DNA of 64,000 nt from Catajapyx aquilonaris (GCA_000934665.2 KZ538094.1:62001-126000); one strand, 5' to 3'; shown: positions 1 through 14,749, counted from the first letter of the stretch. Numbers and translations: made by a program. The notes: generated by a model from the letters alone, not told the origin.

Positions 1-1449
1 GTTAGATTTTCATCTTTCCTTTAAGGGTAATTTGAAATGGGCATTGCATCTGCGGGTTGGAACTATCAGTTATCTCAGTTATCTGGCCAAAATAATATTG
101 GTGTCCTGCACGCACCATGTACAGGTGGGATCAAGAGGGGTTGGAATGCCCGCTCTGCTGGAGGAGGTGTGTAGTGGAGAGATATGATAACACATCATTG
201 GTTACAACGCATTGAACGCAAGTATTGTATGCGTCATAGATTTATTGGGATTCAAGGAACTCGCATCTTCAAAAAACATTGGATCATTAAAGCGTACACA
301 ATCGTCGTATATATACAGTACCGATATTATTTTGTATGCAGAATAATGCCTCAGCTATACCGTATAAGTCATATGAGTGATCACAACAACGACATTCCAA
401 ATGGGGTGAAATTGAACACGCAAGTTAAATCATTCACAAGATAGTCTGAAACAGCTTTATAAATATCTATAAAAGTGATCAAATTGCCACTCTATAGTAT
501 AATTGCAATCAACTTATCAAAGCCCCCATACAGCCAGATGTCATACTTCCATTTTTATATTGTTTAGCAATATACTAAAGTATAGGGCCAAAATTATCTT
601 GGATCCGAATCAGTAGAAAAAGCATTGTTTTTTCCTCTCCATCCAGTCGGAATTTTTATTCCAATAATAAATGAATTGCCACCTAGGGCGTGACAAAAAT
701 TATGAATGGCTGGAAAATTGTTTTCGCCCCTTTTATGGTCACTTGAAGCCTAAGGTAGTATTATGCCTGATTTCCAGCAAGGCTGATGCCACATTGCCAC
801 TCTGTGCAAAAACTGTTGAAGTTTTCATCCAAAATTGCAATTTGTGACATTTAGTTCAATATTGTACTCCATAAGTCACTGAAGTCTGCGAAGTTCACAG
901 CTGACCTGTGTTATCTTGTGCACATTCAGTATACGTAAATGAATCACATCAGCTCACTTGTCAGATGTACAGGGCTTGAATGCATATGTTATTTTGAACC
1001 ATGGCCTCGCACTTTGGTCGACTGTTAGATAATCACCTCGGACACTGGACCTAGTAGAGGAATTAATTTTTAGATGTCCCTTCCTTATCACCCCTGTCAA
1101 AGTGAGGTATTCTTTGCACGTATGGAGGTACTCTCTGTTTTTAAAAAAAAGTTATGGCGTGATACATCCATCAGCACTAGCCCAAGCTGAAGTCTGTGGT
1201 TTAAAAACACAAGAGTTCTGGTGGTTTTATAGCGGCGGGGTACATCTGGCAGTAACATTTTCTGACAGATAGTGCAGTATACACATAACAGACATTTTGA
1301 AGGCACTATATCATGCAATTTTCTTTCACTTCAATTTTGATCCAAATGACCAGCTATAAGCCAGTGAAAAACGCTGCGTAAGGCTCTTATTAACCACTAA
1401 ACTAGCTGTACAAATTTATCTCCTAAAATGTAGGCGAACCGTAAAAATC

Positions 1450-1990
1450 GGTCAGTCAGGCTCAGTGAAGTGGGTGAGTTGACTGATTCCTATCTGAAGA
1501 GGCCCTTCTTCTGGAGGATGAACCTCAGTTCTGCTTCAGTCACCTCCCTTGCCCACTCTACAATTACGCCATTAGGACAACCAGTTATTATATTCATAAT
1601 TCGATTTTTTAACCTTATCGGGCACCGCATCCACCCAAAGTTTCGTGGGAAATGTGGCCACACAAGAATGTGTCCAATGACAAGGGGGGACTCCCTCCAA
1701 GTTTGACATCCCTCGATTTCTCACGTTCCTCGCTTGGGCTACTCGACTTATTCGTCGGCGTGACCTCTGCCCTCCGAAGTACCTGGACACCAGTGATTCT
1801 TCCCTGCAAGGAGAGTCAGAGACATAAAAAAGGAGAGAGAAGAGTGCCGGCTCCAACAATCCTGAGAAGGTGGGGGCCATTCATCAGGATAGTGCTGGGT
1901 GTGACCTCAGACCAAGGACACGGATTATTGCCCCGACCAAGGTAGATCCCCACCATGACAAGTGGAAATGGAGGTGATTCTCTGGCGCTT
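1450..1990 (-). mobile_element. 3' end of a decayed LINE ORF2 (I-group-like)
   Basis: Minus-strand remnants REESLVSRYFGG (cf. REEVVLTRLRIGH), GHILVW (cf. HILxxC) and terminal ELRFILQKKGLFR* (cf. FLxxxGL); boundaries approximate. Confidence 0.45.
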
Positions 1991-4900
1991 TCTCACTGCC
2001 ACTTTTGTCCAGGACCAGACCAAAAAAAATTAGAGAGGAGCATCCCACTAACACTTCTAATCAATCAATGGAATCGCTTTGGGCTATCGTCTCTGTCTTG
2101 ATTTTCCTATAACAATGATTGAAGTCACGGTTCTCATAAATCCACCAGTTCTTACTAGAGGCTTTGGGTGCACAGTGACACCTATACCGACTCTCCAAGT
2201 TGCATTTACATGCGAATCATTTCGAAGAGATCTGCAATAGGCTAGTTTTTTTTTGGCTGAAAAGCAATCGAGCATGTTTGTTTGCCTGTGTACAGTTCTT
2301 AGTTGGAGGAGCCTGCATTTTGCATGCACAAGTAGCGACTGGCTTGAGAGGCGATTTCCTGGGCTTACAGAAGAGAGTTTGAGGGGCATCATTCCGTTGT
2401 CTAAATCACTCGAAGCATCTGACTACATTTGCATACTGATCGTTCTTAAGTACAAGGCTCAGGATGTAATGTATAAGAGAGCGCCAGTGGACACGAAGAC
2501 CGAGAGGGGATTGAATAATCATAATAAAAAAAAGTTAATCGGATTGAGGGTGGACAAAAACCAAACGATCGGCGATTACTTAGCCTTAAGGCAGCTAAGT
2601 GATTATCGGTGAAAACGCCGTTCACATTAATTTCTTTGCCCATCAATATTCCGGCCATGATTAAGTCGTGGAATAACAAGGTGTGACAAGAGAATAAGTT
2701 ACCTATCAATAATGCGATGACATTTGTGGGAAGTACCATGTTCACCATATATGACACATCATGGAATATATGGTTGACGTCATTAATAATCCCATATACC
2801 TGCATGGTTGCAACACTATATTTGCAGAATTGCATTACATGCTTACATGTGAAGGGGGAAAATCTGTGCTAAATTGTGAGTAACGTTATAAATTTATAGT
2901 GATTGAACCTACGCCCTCTGTGTTACGAAATATGTCACAAAGCCACATTGCGTTTCGCCATTTATGAACATCGATTGCATCTATGCTGCTTTGGTATTAA
3001 TTGGATACAACGAAATGGTCTAGAAACAAGAAAAGTAGATACTCCCAGGGCAATTCTAAAGCGTGATAAGGCAGACTGGTTTCACAGACAATCTTTCCAG
3101 GTGACACTCGCAATAACATTACGTACAGTTACGTCACAATGAAATCGAAACAGTACAAATTGACACATCGGATCATTAGCAGAAAAAAGCTAAGTGCACT
3201 AAGCAAGAATCCGAAGATTGCATACCTCGTTGCTATCTGACTTGCACGCGCAACTAATTCCTTATAGAAACATGTCGATGGAACAGTACCTAAAAATAAA
3301 CTAAAAGCATGTAGCGTGCAAGAAAACAGTGCGCGCAGCATGCAACAAGAAAAATTCCGCTTTGCAATCATCAGTATGTCGTTTGGCGCACACCACTTCG
3401 ATTATGTTCTCCAACTACATTCCAACGACTGACTGGTCAGTCATTCCAAGCATGGCCCTGTATTTGCATACCAACTGGCCGCCTTCAAGTATAGGAGGCA
3501 CATTTCAAACGAGCTGTGGGACCATGTCAGTGTCATCCGGAAATCTTGGTATCCGATTGAATCCACGTTCACGTTGGTCCCATTATTTACTGTCAGGTAT
3601 ATATTCTGGCAAACTATAGCCGACACTCGACACATGCCTTTTCTATTATCTGGGTGTAGTGTAGGTTTTATCTTTGAAACCTATAGGTCGAGGATATGTA
3701 TCATAATTGTCACTTTATTTTTTGTGATCATATGCGGCATTGCATTATTTTGTCCTAGGTAGCTGCATTGGTCACATGCTGACTGTCTTTTCCAGGTAAC
3801 ATTCTCATATGCCACAACACGTGACTAAGCATTAGAAATTGCAGCTTCGAGTAGTGTAAAAAATACATACATATGTAAATAGCTTTTTTGAATGATTTCA
3901 GAGAATAATCCTTGGTCATAAAATCCAAAGCTCTTATCGCATACCGGTGAAAAGCTTCCTAATATGGCAATGACCTCCCCTTTCAGCTTGGTTTATACAG
4001 TATAAGGGTGCTTCTGACAGATTATAAATGCTTTTCACTTTCTATTGAACATCAATTTTATCTGGAATGTGAATGGCACGATAATATAGCTATCATAAAA
4101 TATTTGATTGCTTTCTGATAACTTCGTATTCTTGAAAACTACTTTATTGCTAGCCAAGGTTTAATAAAAACATTTATCACTTATTCACTTATTGCATCTG
4201 AGAGGAACTTTCTTTTGCATTCTTTTATTACAAAACGGGCCCAATCATTTGCCCTCAATTATTCTGGATGCATTTGCTCTCGTTCAGCCTTTCACTATTT
4301 TATCTTCGAAAGTCCTCTTTTTTTTGTCATATCAAACGGGAAAAATTATCTACATTGCAAAAGCTATCATTTGGAATTCCGATATTTCCGTGACTTGAGG
4401 CATCAAATGCGAAAGGAAAATCGTGATTGTCCGAGCAATACAGGCACAAGCTCTTTCTCTTTCCCGCTAACCTCTAACGGGACGAATTTATCTCTTGACA
4501 AAAGGAGCTTTTACGGCCCTCTTGTTCTACAGTTTTATCAGCCGCCTGTCACTCTTCAGCGTTTTGTTTTGTTCCATCTGATTGGCACACCGGCCCAAGA
4601 ACTTACGAATCTACAGAAATACAGACCAGCAGGTCTCACTGAGCTTATTGCTCCACCAAGTTCTATAGGATCTAGGTTAAGCATCGTACCGTTTCCACTG
4701 TCAAAGTGTCAAACCCAATCTCATCTTGCCCTTGGTGTCCCCTCTCAAGCAGCATATGGAAACCATGTGGAACGAATGGACAACCGATATGCTAATCAGA
4801 CTGGAAGCAGATCTGATTCCATATTAAACAAGGCGAATGGTTGCAGGCTTAGGTTGGGTCAGTTTTGTTGTGCAAGCTCCACACTTAGCCATCCTCATGT

Positions 4901-6149
4901 TTGCAAATTACAATTGCAGAACTTTCGGCAAATGTCACTTCAGTCAGGCTTTAGTAAAAAAAAAAAAGGAAGACATCCCCACGTGGAAGACACCAACTGC
5001 CGGGGTCAACAGACTGGATGCAGGAAGGGTCTTCAAAGAAGAAGGCTCTCATTATGCAAATGAATCAATTCTAAGCACCTGGAAAGCACTGATCTCAATC
5101 AAATGCATCGTACAGGAATAGTTGTCCACTTCGATAGGTGCTGGAAGAGAAGATTCCTTGGTATGCACGAGCAGGTGATGCCTATTTTTTTCGCCCATTC
5201 GCTTTCAGTATGGAGAAGACGATCCCCGACCATTTTTTTATTCCCTTTTAACAGGCTCCACGGCCACTTGGGTAGTTGGGTGGGTAATAGCTCGAAAAAA
5301 AACTTTCTAGAAATGTGCAAAAAAAGGAATCCATTTTTTGTACTAATTCAGGTAAACTGTCTCGAATACCGAAATCGAGCTTAAAGCAGCATAATTTTGG
5401 TATCACAGGATTTAAAGCGTGATAATACCTCGGGATGGAATCCAGCTAGCTGTGTAATGTAGTTATTAACCCTGCTAAAATATGAATTTATGTTAATAAA
5501 AATATTAATATGAAACATAAAGTATATTTTTGACGTTTACAACAAGAATAAGGTGATAATGGTCACCCAATAATTTAAGCAGAATTCCAACACTCATGCA
5601 CCAAGTGAGACCTAAAATGTGACTCATGAGAATGAGTAAGCGTAACATATGTTGTTACATTTTGTAAAGCTGCCGGATGGTTGCCTTTTTTAAGGACAGC
5701 CTGAACTTTACACACCTCGGTCATTCGGAAACATGTAGTTTGTTGTAACTTACTGGTTTTCTGTTGCATTTTGAAAACTATTTCAGATCATTGATAGTCC
5801 ATTTTACACCATTTTACCAAGCTACACTACATGTCGGTCGTACGTACAGTACCTACAGATAATATTGAGACTGATATATATTAACCACACCCTCATTAGT
5901 CACTGCAGTGATTACTGTAGTGTCTTGACATCCCTGCTTTCTCGCATAAATAACTAAGAGACACCGTAAAATGCTCATACTTATACCCTACAAACTGGCC
6001 TATAACCTCTCACATCAAAACATTAAACTGATGCCCTTTTGCTGTTATTTTTAGACATGGGATGAACCTATTGGGCCAATTTATGGGCTATTTTGCATAA
6101 CGTAATATACATACTAGAGAAACGGTAACGAGTTATGTCAGACCCCAAA

Positions 6150-9100
6150 ATCCATTGGGGTAACTTACCATCCGTAATATATGCAGGATCTCAAAAAAGT
6201 AATCAGTGTCAATGGCAGTACCCAAATAACGAGCACGTCCCACGCTCCTCCAAGTGCGATAAAGCTTGAACGACAGTGCACGCACCCACCCAAAAAGCCG
6301 TAATGTCCCTTTGGTATAGGCGGAAGCGTTTTATATCGCCGACCTTCTCGAAGGAGTTCCATTAAAATGTTGGCGAGTAATTCATCGGTGCAACCTTTTC
6401 TGTCCTATTCGGTGGTGGCCGGACCCGTCTGGATGGCGCCATTACCACCACCTTATACACCTTGACAACCCCCAAAAACGACCTACACCCACCCCCACTG
6501 AATATGGCAACGGAGACCCCCTGAGCCAATACACACTTCTCGCCGACGTAAAAACTCTGCTGTTGAGATAAGTGCTCAGATAAGACCAGAGCTGCCTCCC
6601 TTCTCTTCGGGGGAACTTTGTTTCCAGCCGACGCAAAATATGGGCCCTGAGACGCCATCTTTGGTGACGCCATCTTGGGACGGCACGACTTGTGATAAGA
6701 TGGTGTTTTGCACGATTGTTCAGTCAAAAGTACGGACTTGCTAATCTGCATTTAGATGGAACTGCAGTCATTGTCAGGTTGAAGGACAGCTTGTTTATCA
6801 CAGGTCACAAAGAGGGGAACGAAAACTAGCAGGTACCGGGTTTTATATTTATAGCACTAAAACCTAGGGTAGATGCGACCTTGGTTTAACATGTATTTCT
6901 GGTATGGGAAAGGAGTTCATCCCACGAGATATCAGAATCTGCATGGGGTGGGGTTATAAAATATCCTGCGAAGTAAATGCATGACGAAAGAAGAAAGACA
7001 ACTGTTACAATTATCAAGGTGACACACCCAGGTGGATCTAGTGCAGGTGATATGGCTGGTCCTGTAAACGAGTGCACATGTTAAGAAGTATGAGAATGGT
7101 CAAGGAAAGCTATTCCCACATTGAGAGGTGGGAGTTGAAAATACCAGCGGATAAAACATACGTGGGCACATAACCTGTTGGCAGCCGAAAATGAATTGTA
7201 TTAAAATATTTATGGGGGCAAGAAATGCATTTGGTATGTGAGAGTAAATACCCTTCCTTGCCGCATTCGTCTAATAAACGTTTAAAAAAGCGAAGACAAA
7301 AAGTGTCGCACACCTTGAGAAAGATTAAACGATCCTTCTCACGCTACGTTTCATCCCCATCAGACATACATCTTGAGCCTTTCATTTTTTTGGTTTTTAG
7401 AAAACAATGTGATTCCAAATCACAACATGTCAGTGACCACCTGTTGGAACCCCCAAATCCTGCAAGGACACAGATCCTTTTTCACATGGGAACAAAGCAC
7501 CGAATTGCCATGATAATGACGAAGAGTGCATGTACAAAATGTCCACCGGAAGGAGCCCAAGATTAAAACCTGGACTAATTTTACTAACCATATTCCCTTT
7601 CCCCCACCTGTTCAACGGTCTGCCATCCACTTGCAAGGGTTCCCGCATGTCGATCCCGTTCCTAACCACAAACGACGGAACTTGACCAACGGTACACAGG
7701 GTTTCTTTTTCTGGAACTGCCAATTGCTTAGACAACGGGGAATGTTTTATTTCGACTTGTATGCACATAGTCGAAGTCCTAATTGCAGGAATGCGGCAAT
7801 CGCAACACGCCACTGAATATTCAGACACGAAGATTTTCAGGGAACTTCGCTTCCTTTGTCGTGTTTTTTTTGTACTTTTTTTAACGTCTGGCTAACCTAC
7901 TTCAATGCGTAAATTTGAGAAAATTGACATCGGCTCGTGTAAACAGAGGCACTCTGTCAGCCTGGCTGAGTCGGATTTAGAAAAAATAAACATCCAATAT
8001 GTGATTGAGACCAGCTGCACTTCCCCCTACTGGTCCCGTGACAGGTAAGCCAAACAGGGTCCTTTTTGCAGAAGCAAGGAAACTCCATCTTCTATATAGG
8101 GGTCTCTGCCACGGACACTAGATAAATATTTCCCTTTTCCTCGTGCTTGGAATGTCAAGTGCTCCTTCCATATCCCACCTCCTTCTCAAGAGGGTTGAAT
8201 TGTGACCTCGACCCTTCAACCCTTGGCCGCGTCTTCAGCAGCATTAGCAATCCACTTGACATTTAGGCTGCGACATGATCTGTCATCCCCTCACGAAGAT
8301 TCGCCTCACTTTTGGACTAAGGGCCCCTGTTGTCGAGAGGCCTATGCAAATTTCAGCATCCATTTTTTTTTCATGTTTGTAAGAAAGGCATCCCTGACCC
8401 CTCATCTGAGGTGGCTCCACACCCAAGCCATCTACCAGTCAGATAGTGTCTCTTTTGTTATCTGGCCGAGTAAGAAATCGTTGGCTTCATCTTTGGAACT
8501 CTCCATCCCACCTCTTACTATATGTACAAAAAAAAGGGTCCCCTTTTCAAGTCACGTTTCCCCCCTTGGGCATAGTGTGCACCTCCACCTTCGCTGTTTG
8601 GTCGTGTCGTCTTCCCACAAAAGCCACCGTGACCCCCAAGGATTCTGCGGGGGATAATGGAAGGATTTTTACTTGCTGTGCGCATCGCATTGGGCCTGAC
8701 GACAAACCGGATGGATTTGCAAGTTTGAAGAAGCTGCTCCTGGTGTCACCGTCACACCTGATGGGTATCGACTAGCCAGCGATGACATGCAAGTGGACAA
8801 CTGGTGAAAACTGAAAAGCGATGTGACTTGAAAAACTTTGAAGGTTTGGACACTTTTATCAGAAGTAATCTGTTCAAACTGGACGACAACTGGTCAAAAA
8901 GCAGGCACGAGTTGGCTTCCCTGTACAACTAGGAAGTAGACTGCACGTAATCGGTACCATCGTAGGCATCGTGCGAATCCAAAATCAGCACAATGCACGT
9001 AAAGACACACTCGAGCGTCACTAACCAACATGTTTCAACAAAGTTGGTTCTGCAAGAGGATCAGCCCAGTCGGTCAGTCATGCATGGAAGCTTTTCTTTC

Positions 9101-9250
9101 CAGAGGTCAAAGGTGAAGAAGTCAAAAATTGTTGGTCCTGTATTGGCCAATTCATCCGTAGACTACACCCGTTCTAATGACAGCGGTCACCTGGCAAATT
9201 GGTGGCCCCTGGGGCAACCCGAGGGCATGATCAGGGGTTGAAGCCATGCG
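6150..9250 (-). mobile_element. Decayed non-LTR retrotransposon (LINE): ORF1-, endonuclease- and RT-like remnants
   Basis: In order on minus: Cys/His-rich gag-knuckle-like remnant (about 8110-7920), AGIFNSHLSMW resembling APE GDFNxHHxxW (about 7145-7113), then PMNYSPTF*WNSFEKV resembling NYRPISL..K and HYGF resembling QxGF (about 6385-6295). Many frameshifts; boundaries approximate. Confidence 0.5.
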
Positions 9251-9835
9251 TGAGGTCACTTGCTCAAACTGTGCCTACACCCACCCCGCGCATCATGGGT
9301 CACGATTTTCGTGCACTCCTCCCTTGCGCCACCCCCCACTCTCTCTACCTGGTCTCCCCAACCCTCTTCTACCCATTTTTTATGGCCCTGGGCCAAAAAC
9401 CGCTTTTTCCCAATACGGAACACTGATTCTTTCCCACGCCGTCTGTCGCCAATCCAATGTGAAGCAAGCACTGGACATCTTCCGGAATCTTGGCATGATC
9501 ACTCATCCACGAATTGTCTACTTTTCCGGGTCATTTGAAAGAAAAAAAAAGCCAAAGTCAGCTAATTGAATTAGTACCAGTGGTCAGTCGAAAATCAACA
9601 GAATGGTTATTCAATTGGTCGTGAAACGTGAAGATTTGCTCTAAAAGGTGTCATGTCGCAGATCCTATAGTAGCTCTAACGTCTAAACCATCCAATATCA
9701 AAGAACTAGCTGGCATATTTTGTTCCTAAATTTTATGGTTAATCCTATACAAACAATAGCAGAATATATAGGACATCTGGCTATACGTATATTCTCTTCA
9801 GTACAGTGTTGGACATGAATCGCGTCATATTGCTT

Positions 9836-10049
9836 GCGACATTTTCTGATGCGGCAAAAGTGCAAATCTAAGTGTGAGCCGTGCGAGTAAGAAATGGTAG
9901 TCCTTGGCTGACGTCACTGGCTGAGGGGCAATGGAGAAAAGGCTTGTCCCCAGCCAGTGACGTCACCGAAGGGCTACCATTTCTTACTCGCACTTCACTT
10001 CGATTACTATCACTTCGATTTGCATGTCTGCCGCATCAGAAAATGTCGC
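9836..10049. mobile_element. Palindromic MITE / fold-back element
   Basis: Terminal inverted repeat GCGACATTTTCTGATGCGGCA...TGCCGCATCAGAAAATGTCGC, plus internal arms GTGCGAGTAAGAAATGGTAG/CTACCATTTCTTACTCGCAC and TGACGTCACTGGCTG/CAGCCAGTGACGTCA. Confidence 0.85.
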
Positions 10050-12218
10050 TAGTAGTATGACGGAATTAATTTCCAGCACTGTACATGCGTATCATACAAT
10101 AATAGAGACTGTGAATACAAGATGGTTGGAAAATATAATATCAATGTAATACCGCAGGTAAAGGACACCTTCACAAATAGAAAAGTCGTGTGGCATTTTG
10201 CTGAGGTGCTACAGCCATGCAACAAGTGGTCGAACAATCAGATGAATCTTGGGTAATAAATCTCGTATACGGTTTTGTTCGGGATGTCCGACCTCTCGGG
10301 TAAACAATGTACACAACTTCTCCCCTCTGTCCATTGCTGTACTCTAGACCTGGGAAGTGCACCATCCTGTATAATTATTGGTATAAATGGCTATATGATG
10401 TCCTAATGCCTGTTTACCGCTAGGTTGATGAAAGCTGGGCAACATTAGGTAAGTTAATATATTTACGATCCTCAACGGAAAAGCTGGACGGATTGACCTC
10501 GTGACATGGACACATAATAGTAATATTTCATAATAGCCTATCATACCTTGTCATATTACAAGGTGCAGGCAATCCAGTCCTAGGCCAACGAGAAGCCTCT
10601 ATTTCAGTCCTGGATTGTCATCTTGATATCAAAAACGTCCGGACTTCCACCAGAAAAATGGTCTTCATTGCGCAGGTATGCATCAAAAGATGCCGCTGTG
10701 ACCTCGCTGATGAATAGCCCATCAGTCTCAACATCTCTTCCAGCAGTCCTCCGCTTTGTCACCGCCCATTTGACCAGAAATTATTGCACCAGATTAGGCC
10801 TGAAAACGTGTTCCCAGCATTTCAGGTAGTATACATGCTCCGGAAAACTGCTCTCACGGTCACCCTAATCTCTCCAACCTTTTTATTACATACGCACCCT
10901 TCTCATTCTGGGAATGTGACATAGATGATCTTTGTGAAAGTGCCTCCGATCCACCCCCACGTTTCTCACTGCGTCTAACCTTGATCTGAAGCGTGATGTA
11001 ATATTAGTTGTTTGATTACAGACGAGCGCATCTTCTCTTTTGTTCCCCGGAAAATCATGTGGTTAATTAAATAGATAACTTGCACGAATCTACGTTTTGA
11101 GGAGGGCCACTTGTGGGGTTTATTCTTCACGCGACCAATTTGGTGAGTAAGTCGGGGGGGATTGTTTTTTTTGTTTTTTTCGGTGTGCGTGAATGAAGTG
11201 AGAGTGGTCTTAATGTCTTTAGTCACCATGTTCGAAGGGAATAACGACTGCGTGCATTTAGGTTTGGGAGGAAAACGTCATTAAGGCTTGGTTTCAAATG
11301 GTTGGGGCAGGTGCAAAGTCGTTGGTTTTTTCGGCGGGATAGATATTTAAAAATTGGGATGTTTAAAAAAAAATTGTGGGAGATAGACAGGCGGAATATT
11401 AAAAGAGGGGTGGAAATTGTTCTAGCCAGAAAATAAAATCCACTTTTTGCACCTCCCACAATTCATCAAGTGGAGTTCAACTCGTCAAGGGCGCTCTCGC
11501 TTACCGTTTTTGTGTTGTTTTTTTCAAAAACAAACACTTCTCCGCCAACCAGATATGGACGCGCATTTTAATTATAAGCTTTTATCCTGTCACAAAGCAG
11601 CAAAAACAACCAGTATGAAAGTCTCAACTGGACGTTTACATATGATCTGAAGAGGACATGTCTTTGATAACAAACCAAATGAGATCTTTTTGCATCGTCT
11701 CCCATGAAATTCACCAGGCTTGACAATGAGTGAAATGATTACATATTTGGGTTTTGGTGACATGACTAGAACGGTTTTTTTTTGTCTTACAGGTACAAAA
11801 CTGCACAATGAAATATTTTGATAATGTTAAATCTATAAGGCCCCCTCCTCTTCTTCATGAGTCGATTATTGATTTTGGGAAAAATTGGAAAAGGTGTGGG
11901 TCTGATGCTGAGCTCATCTTCCTCCATCTTCTTTCAGGCCTCTTAAGATTGTTGTTTCTGGAATGTATCGGTGAAAATGTCTATTATAACCGAGGTATGT
12001 TATAGCCAAATCGTCACCTTTGCAACGAATACACAAAGTTTTCTGTTTTCTATATGCCTGTAATGCACACTACTACATACTGATTAATGAAATCCATCAA
12101 AAATTATATATTAGCTCACCCGAAAATTATGCAGGACCAAAAAAAAATCGCAGGCTCCCTTTGCCAATTTTATACCCCCCCCCCCAAAAAAAAACACACA
12201 CACACACACACACACACA

Positions 12219-12289
12219 NNNNNNNNNNNNNNNNNNNNNNNNNNNNNNNNNNNNNNNNNNNNNNNNNNNNNNNNNNNNNNNNNNNNNNN
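12219..12289. other. Assembly gap (71 N)
   Basis: Run of N adjacent to a (CA)n microsatellite. Confidence 1.
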
Positions 12290-12540
12290 CCTACCTAACC
12301 TACCCTACCCTAAGTAACCTAGGCTGAGAAAAATGGACTTTTGTGAAAACCTACAAATGAAAATAGTGGGGACATGTCCCCACTAATTTACACATGTCCC
12401 CACTGTAATGGTACACTTCGCGTGTGTGAGACTGTGGGGACCGACAAATGTCCCCACAATTGGAACTGGTCCCCACAGCTACAGTAAAACCACAGACTTC
12501 CGTCCCCAGACCTTAGTCAAGACCTGATCACGCACGCACA
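12290..12540. repeat. Repeat with GTGGGGAC/GTCCCCAC inverted motifs and CCTAAC-like units, embedded in (CA)n-like sequence
   Basis: Multiple GTGGGGAC and GTCCCCAC copies at about 12366-12510; (CA)n at about 12194-12218 before the gap and CACGCACGCACA at about 12528-12540. Confidence 0.5.
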
Positions 12541-12599
12541 TTTTTCCTTCAAGGGGATGGTCTGTTGTACCATCCATAGGTGAGGTGAAAATGAGTCTG

Positions 12600-12714
12600 T
12601 TACATCAAGAGTAAATATACACGCCTTATGGAAGTATGCCGGGACCAGCCTTTCGAGTCTGTTATAATCGAAAGTCTGTTATAGCCGAGACTGTTATACC
12701 TTGATTCAACTGTA
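12600..12714. mobile_element. End of a Tc1/pogo-like MITE
   Basis: Repeated CTGTTATA..CGA units ending in TTCAACTGTA (reverse complement TACAGTTGAA, a TA + CAGT type terminus). Confidence 0.45.
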
Positions 12715-12783
12715 GACCTTCTGTTTATCATTCTTTTTACTGAAAAGCAAATCATTCCTGAATACCTTTCCTCTAACTGTCTA

Positions 12784-13125
12784 TTTTTTTATATACCCCG
12801 TGATAGGGCCATAGGCCCTTATAGGGGAGTGGAATACCACCATTTTTCCTTCAATTTTCTATTTTTCTTCTAACTCCGGTGCAAGGATGAAAGGACATGG
12901 GGTAAGGGTAGGGATTTTTTTGGGGAGGGAACATAGGTGCAAGTGCAATGTCTACAAATGGGTCATGTGCTGTTCCCCAGGAGGTTAGGTTGCCAGACAC
13001 CTCCTTGGTGCAGGTCAGAGACCCTCCTGACGCAGGTGAAAGGAAAGTTCCCCAGGCTGGGATCGAACCTGGGGCCTTTCACTCAGCAAGCCGAGACGTT
13101 ACCATCTCGGCCACCACACCTCCCC
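12784..13125 (-). mobile_element. tRNA-derived SINE, head family A, tail type X
   Basis: Minus strand has A-box-like TGGCCGAGATGG and B-box GGTTCGATCC, an A-rich tail, and a 15-bp TSD TCCTCTAACTGTCTA at 12769-12783 and 13126-13140. Head and body are nearly identical to the copy at 52917. Confidence 0.9.
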
Positions 13126-14749
13126 TCCTCTAACTGTCTAACACACTTGTTCCCTAGTGATCTCAACTCACACGAGTCTTCAGATCGAAGAATAAATTGT
13201 TTGAGTAAAGATCACTAATCGTGGTTACCAGTAGCAACCATCCTTCACAACCTAACCTTAGGGACTCCTCTCCACCTAAATATCATCATGATTTCCTGAT
13301 ATATGCCTACCTTTAACATCAGGGTGACGGAAGAGTGTAGATCAGGTCAATCCATGTGGACGAACTCGAACAAATGCAACGGCACAAATCCAAAGCAACG
13401 TAATTCCCAGAAAAAGTATTACAGGATTAGGGTATTCATCACTGCTGTCTACGCCTAACTTCCACATCCCAGGCATTTCGTAAGTCTTGAGCTTCGCAAG
13501 GAGATATTATAATATCCTGTGACGCTTATGCAGAAGCACTTGGAACGAAACAATATGGCAGCCAGCAATCAGGGTGGCCAGATCCAAACGTCAATTGCCC
13601 CACGACATAATTTTAGAAGCATTTTTAGTCTACGCTGTCCATATTTTAGCGTCAAAAATTAATTTGGTTAATGTCGGTGACGGTGGACAATATTCTGAGG
13701 AGAGAAATATAGGTACGGTAGTTTTGCCCTCCACCAATTAACGCAGAAAGTCAGCCATCTTGGATTGGCGGTGGATTCGAATGTTTCACTTTCACTCATT
13801 TATTGGAACATGCGATATTCTGGCCAACAGATTGTCCAGAAACTCATTTTAATACCAGTGATTACAATTTTTCCAACCACAACGAAACTGATTCCGGGTG
13901 CAACTTCACTGCACACAATGGTTACAATGTAAATTGAAGAATGAATGAAGGGGCAACCTTGTTTACACAATGTGGCAACCTTTCACTTGAAAAAATACAA
14001 TGGGAAAGCAGTAATTGACACATTTATTTCATTAATGTAAATTTTAGAAAATTGATTCTTTTCTTTTTCGATTTTTTGACCACATTCTTGTGACCATGGT
14101 CATGGCATCAACAATATACAGGAGGCCTATATTCAGAAACAAATATCCCCTGCTCTTTAGCGATATGACGTTCTAGTTCAAATTCAAACTCCCAACTACA
14201 GTGAACATTGGCAAGTTCATCCCACCCAATCAGTATATTCCGAATTGTCCATGTACTGCAGTATGGTATATTTATTGTACAGTACTATCAACAGAGAAAA
14301 GTTTCTAATACATTTTGTGTCCTGTCTTGCTCATTTGTACAGACACCTGCTTCGTTGTAACGGCATGCCCACCGTGTTATTTATTCCCCCAATGAAGTCC
14401 GAAGTGAGTTTTAGTGTCACTTAGAAGTGAATATCGAGTCCACTGCCTCATTCCTTGTATCCATCACATCCCCCCAATAAATTCTCAGGTCCTGGAGCTT
14501 TTAAATATGCCACTGAGAAAGCGAGTCTCGCCCCTTTCAATCGACACTATCAGGGGACCACGCCATGGTGTAAATCACACCCATCGCTTTCCCTCTCTAC
14601 TTCTAAAAAAAATGACACTTATAAAGGCCCATTCGTTCTCAGAATATCTTTTTTGTTAAAATGAGGTAACAGATCGATCTGCATCTACAAATCCGAATGG
14701 TACCTGTCATATGATTGATACTATCGGTTCTGGTATGGAAGGGGCCTGA

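Noticed and set aside
4215..5063. Longest intergenic ORF (282 aa) as a gene
   Set aside because: TTG start, no recognisable domain or splice structure; its distal half has at most faint LINE ORF2-like character, so it is probably decayed repeat.
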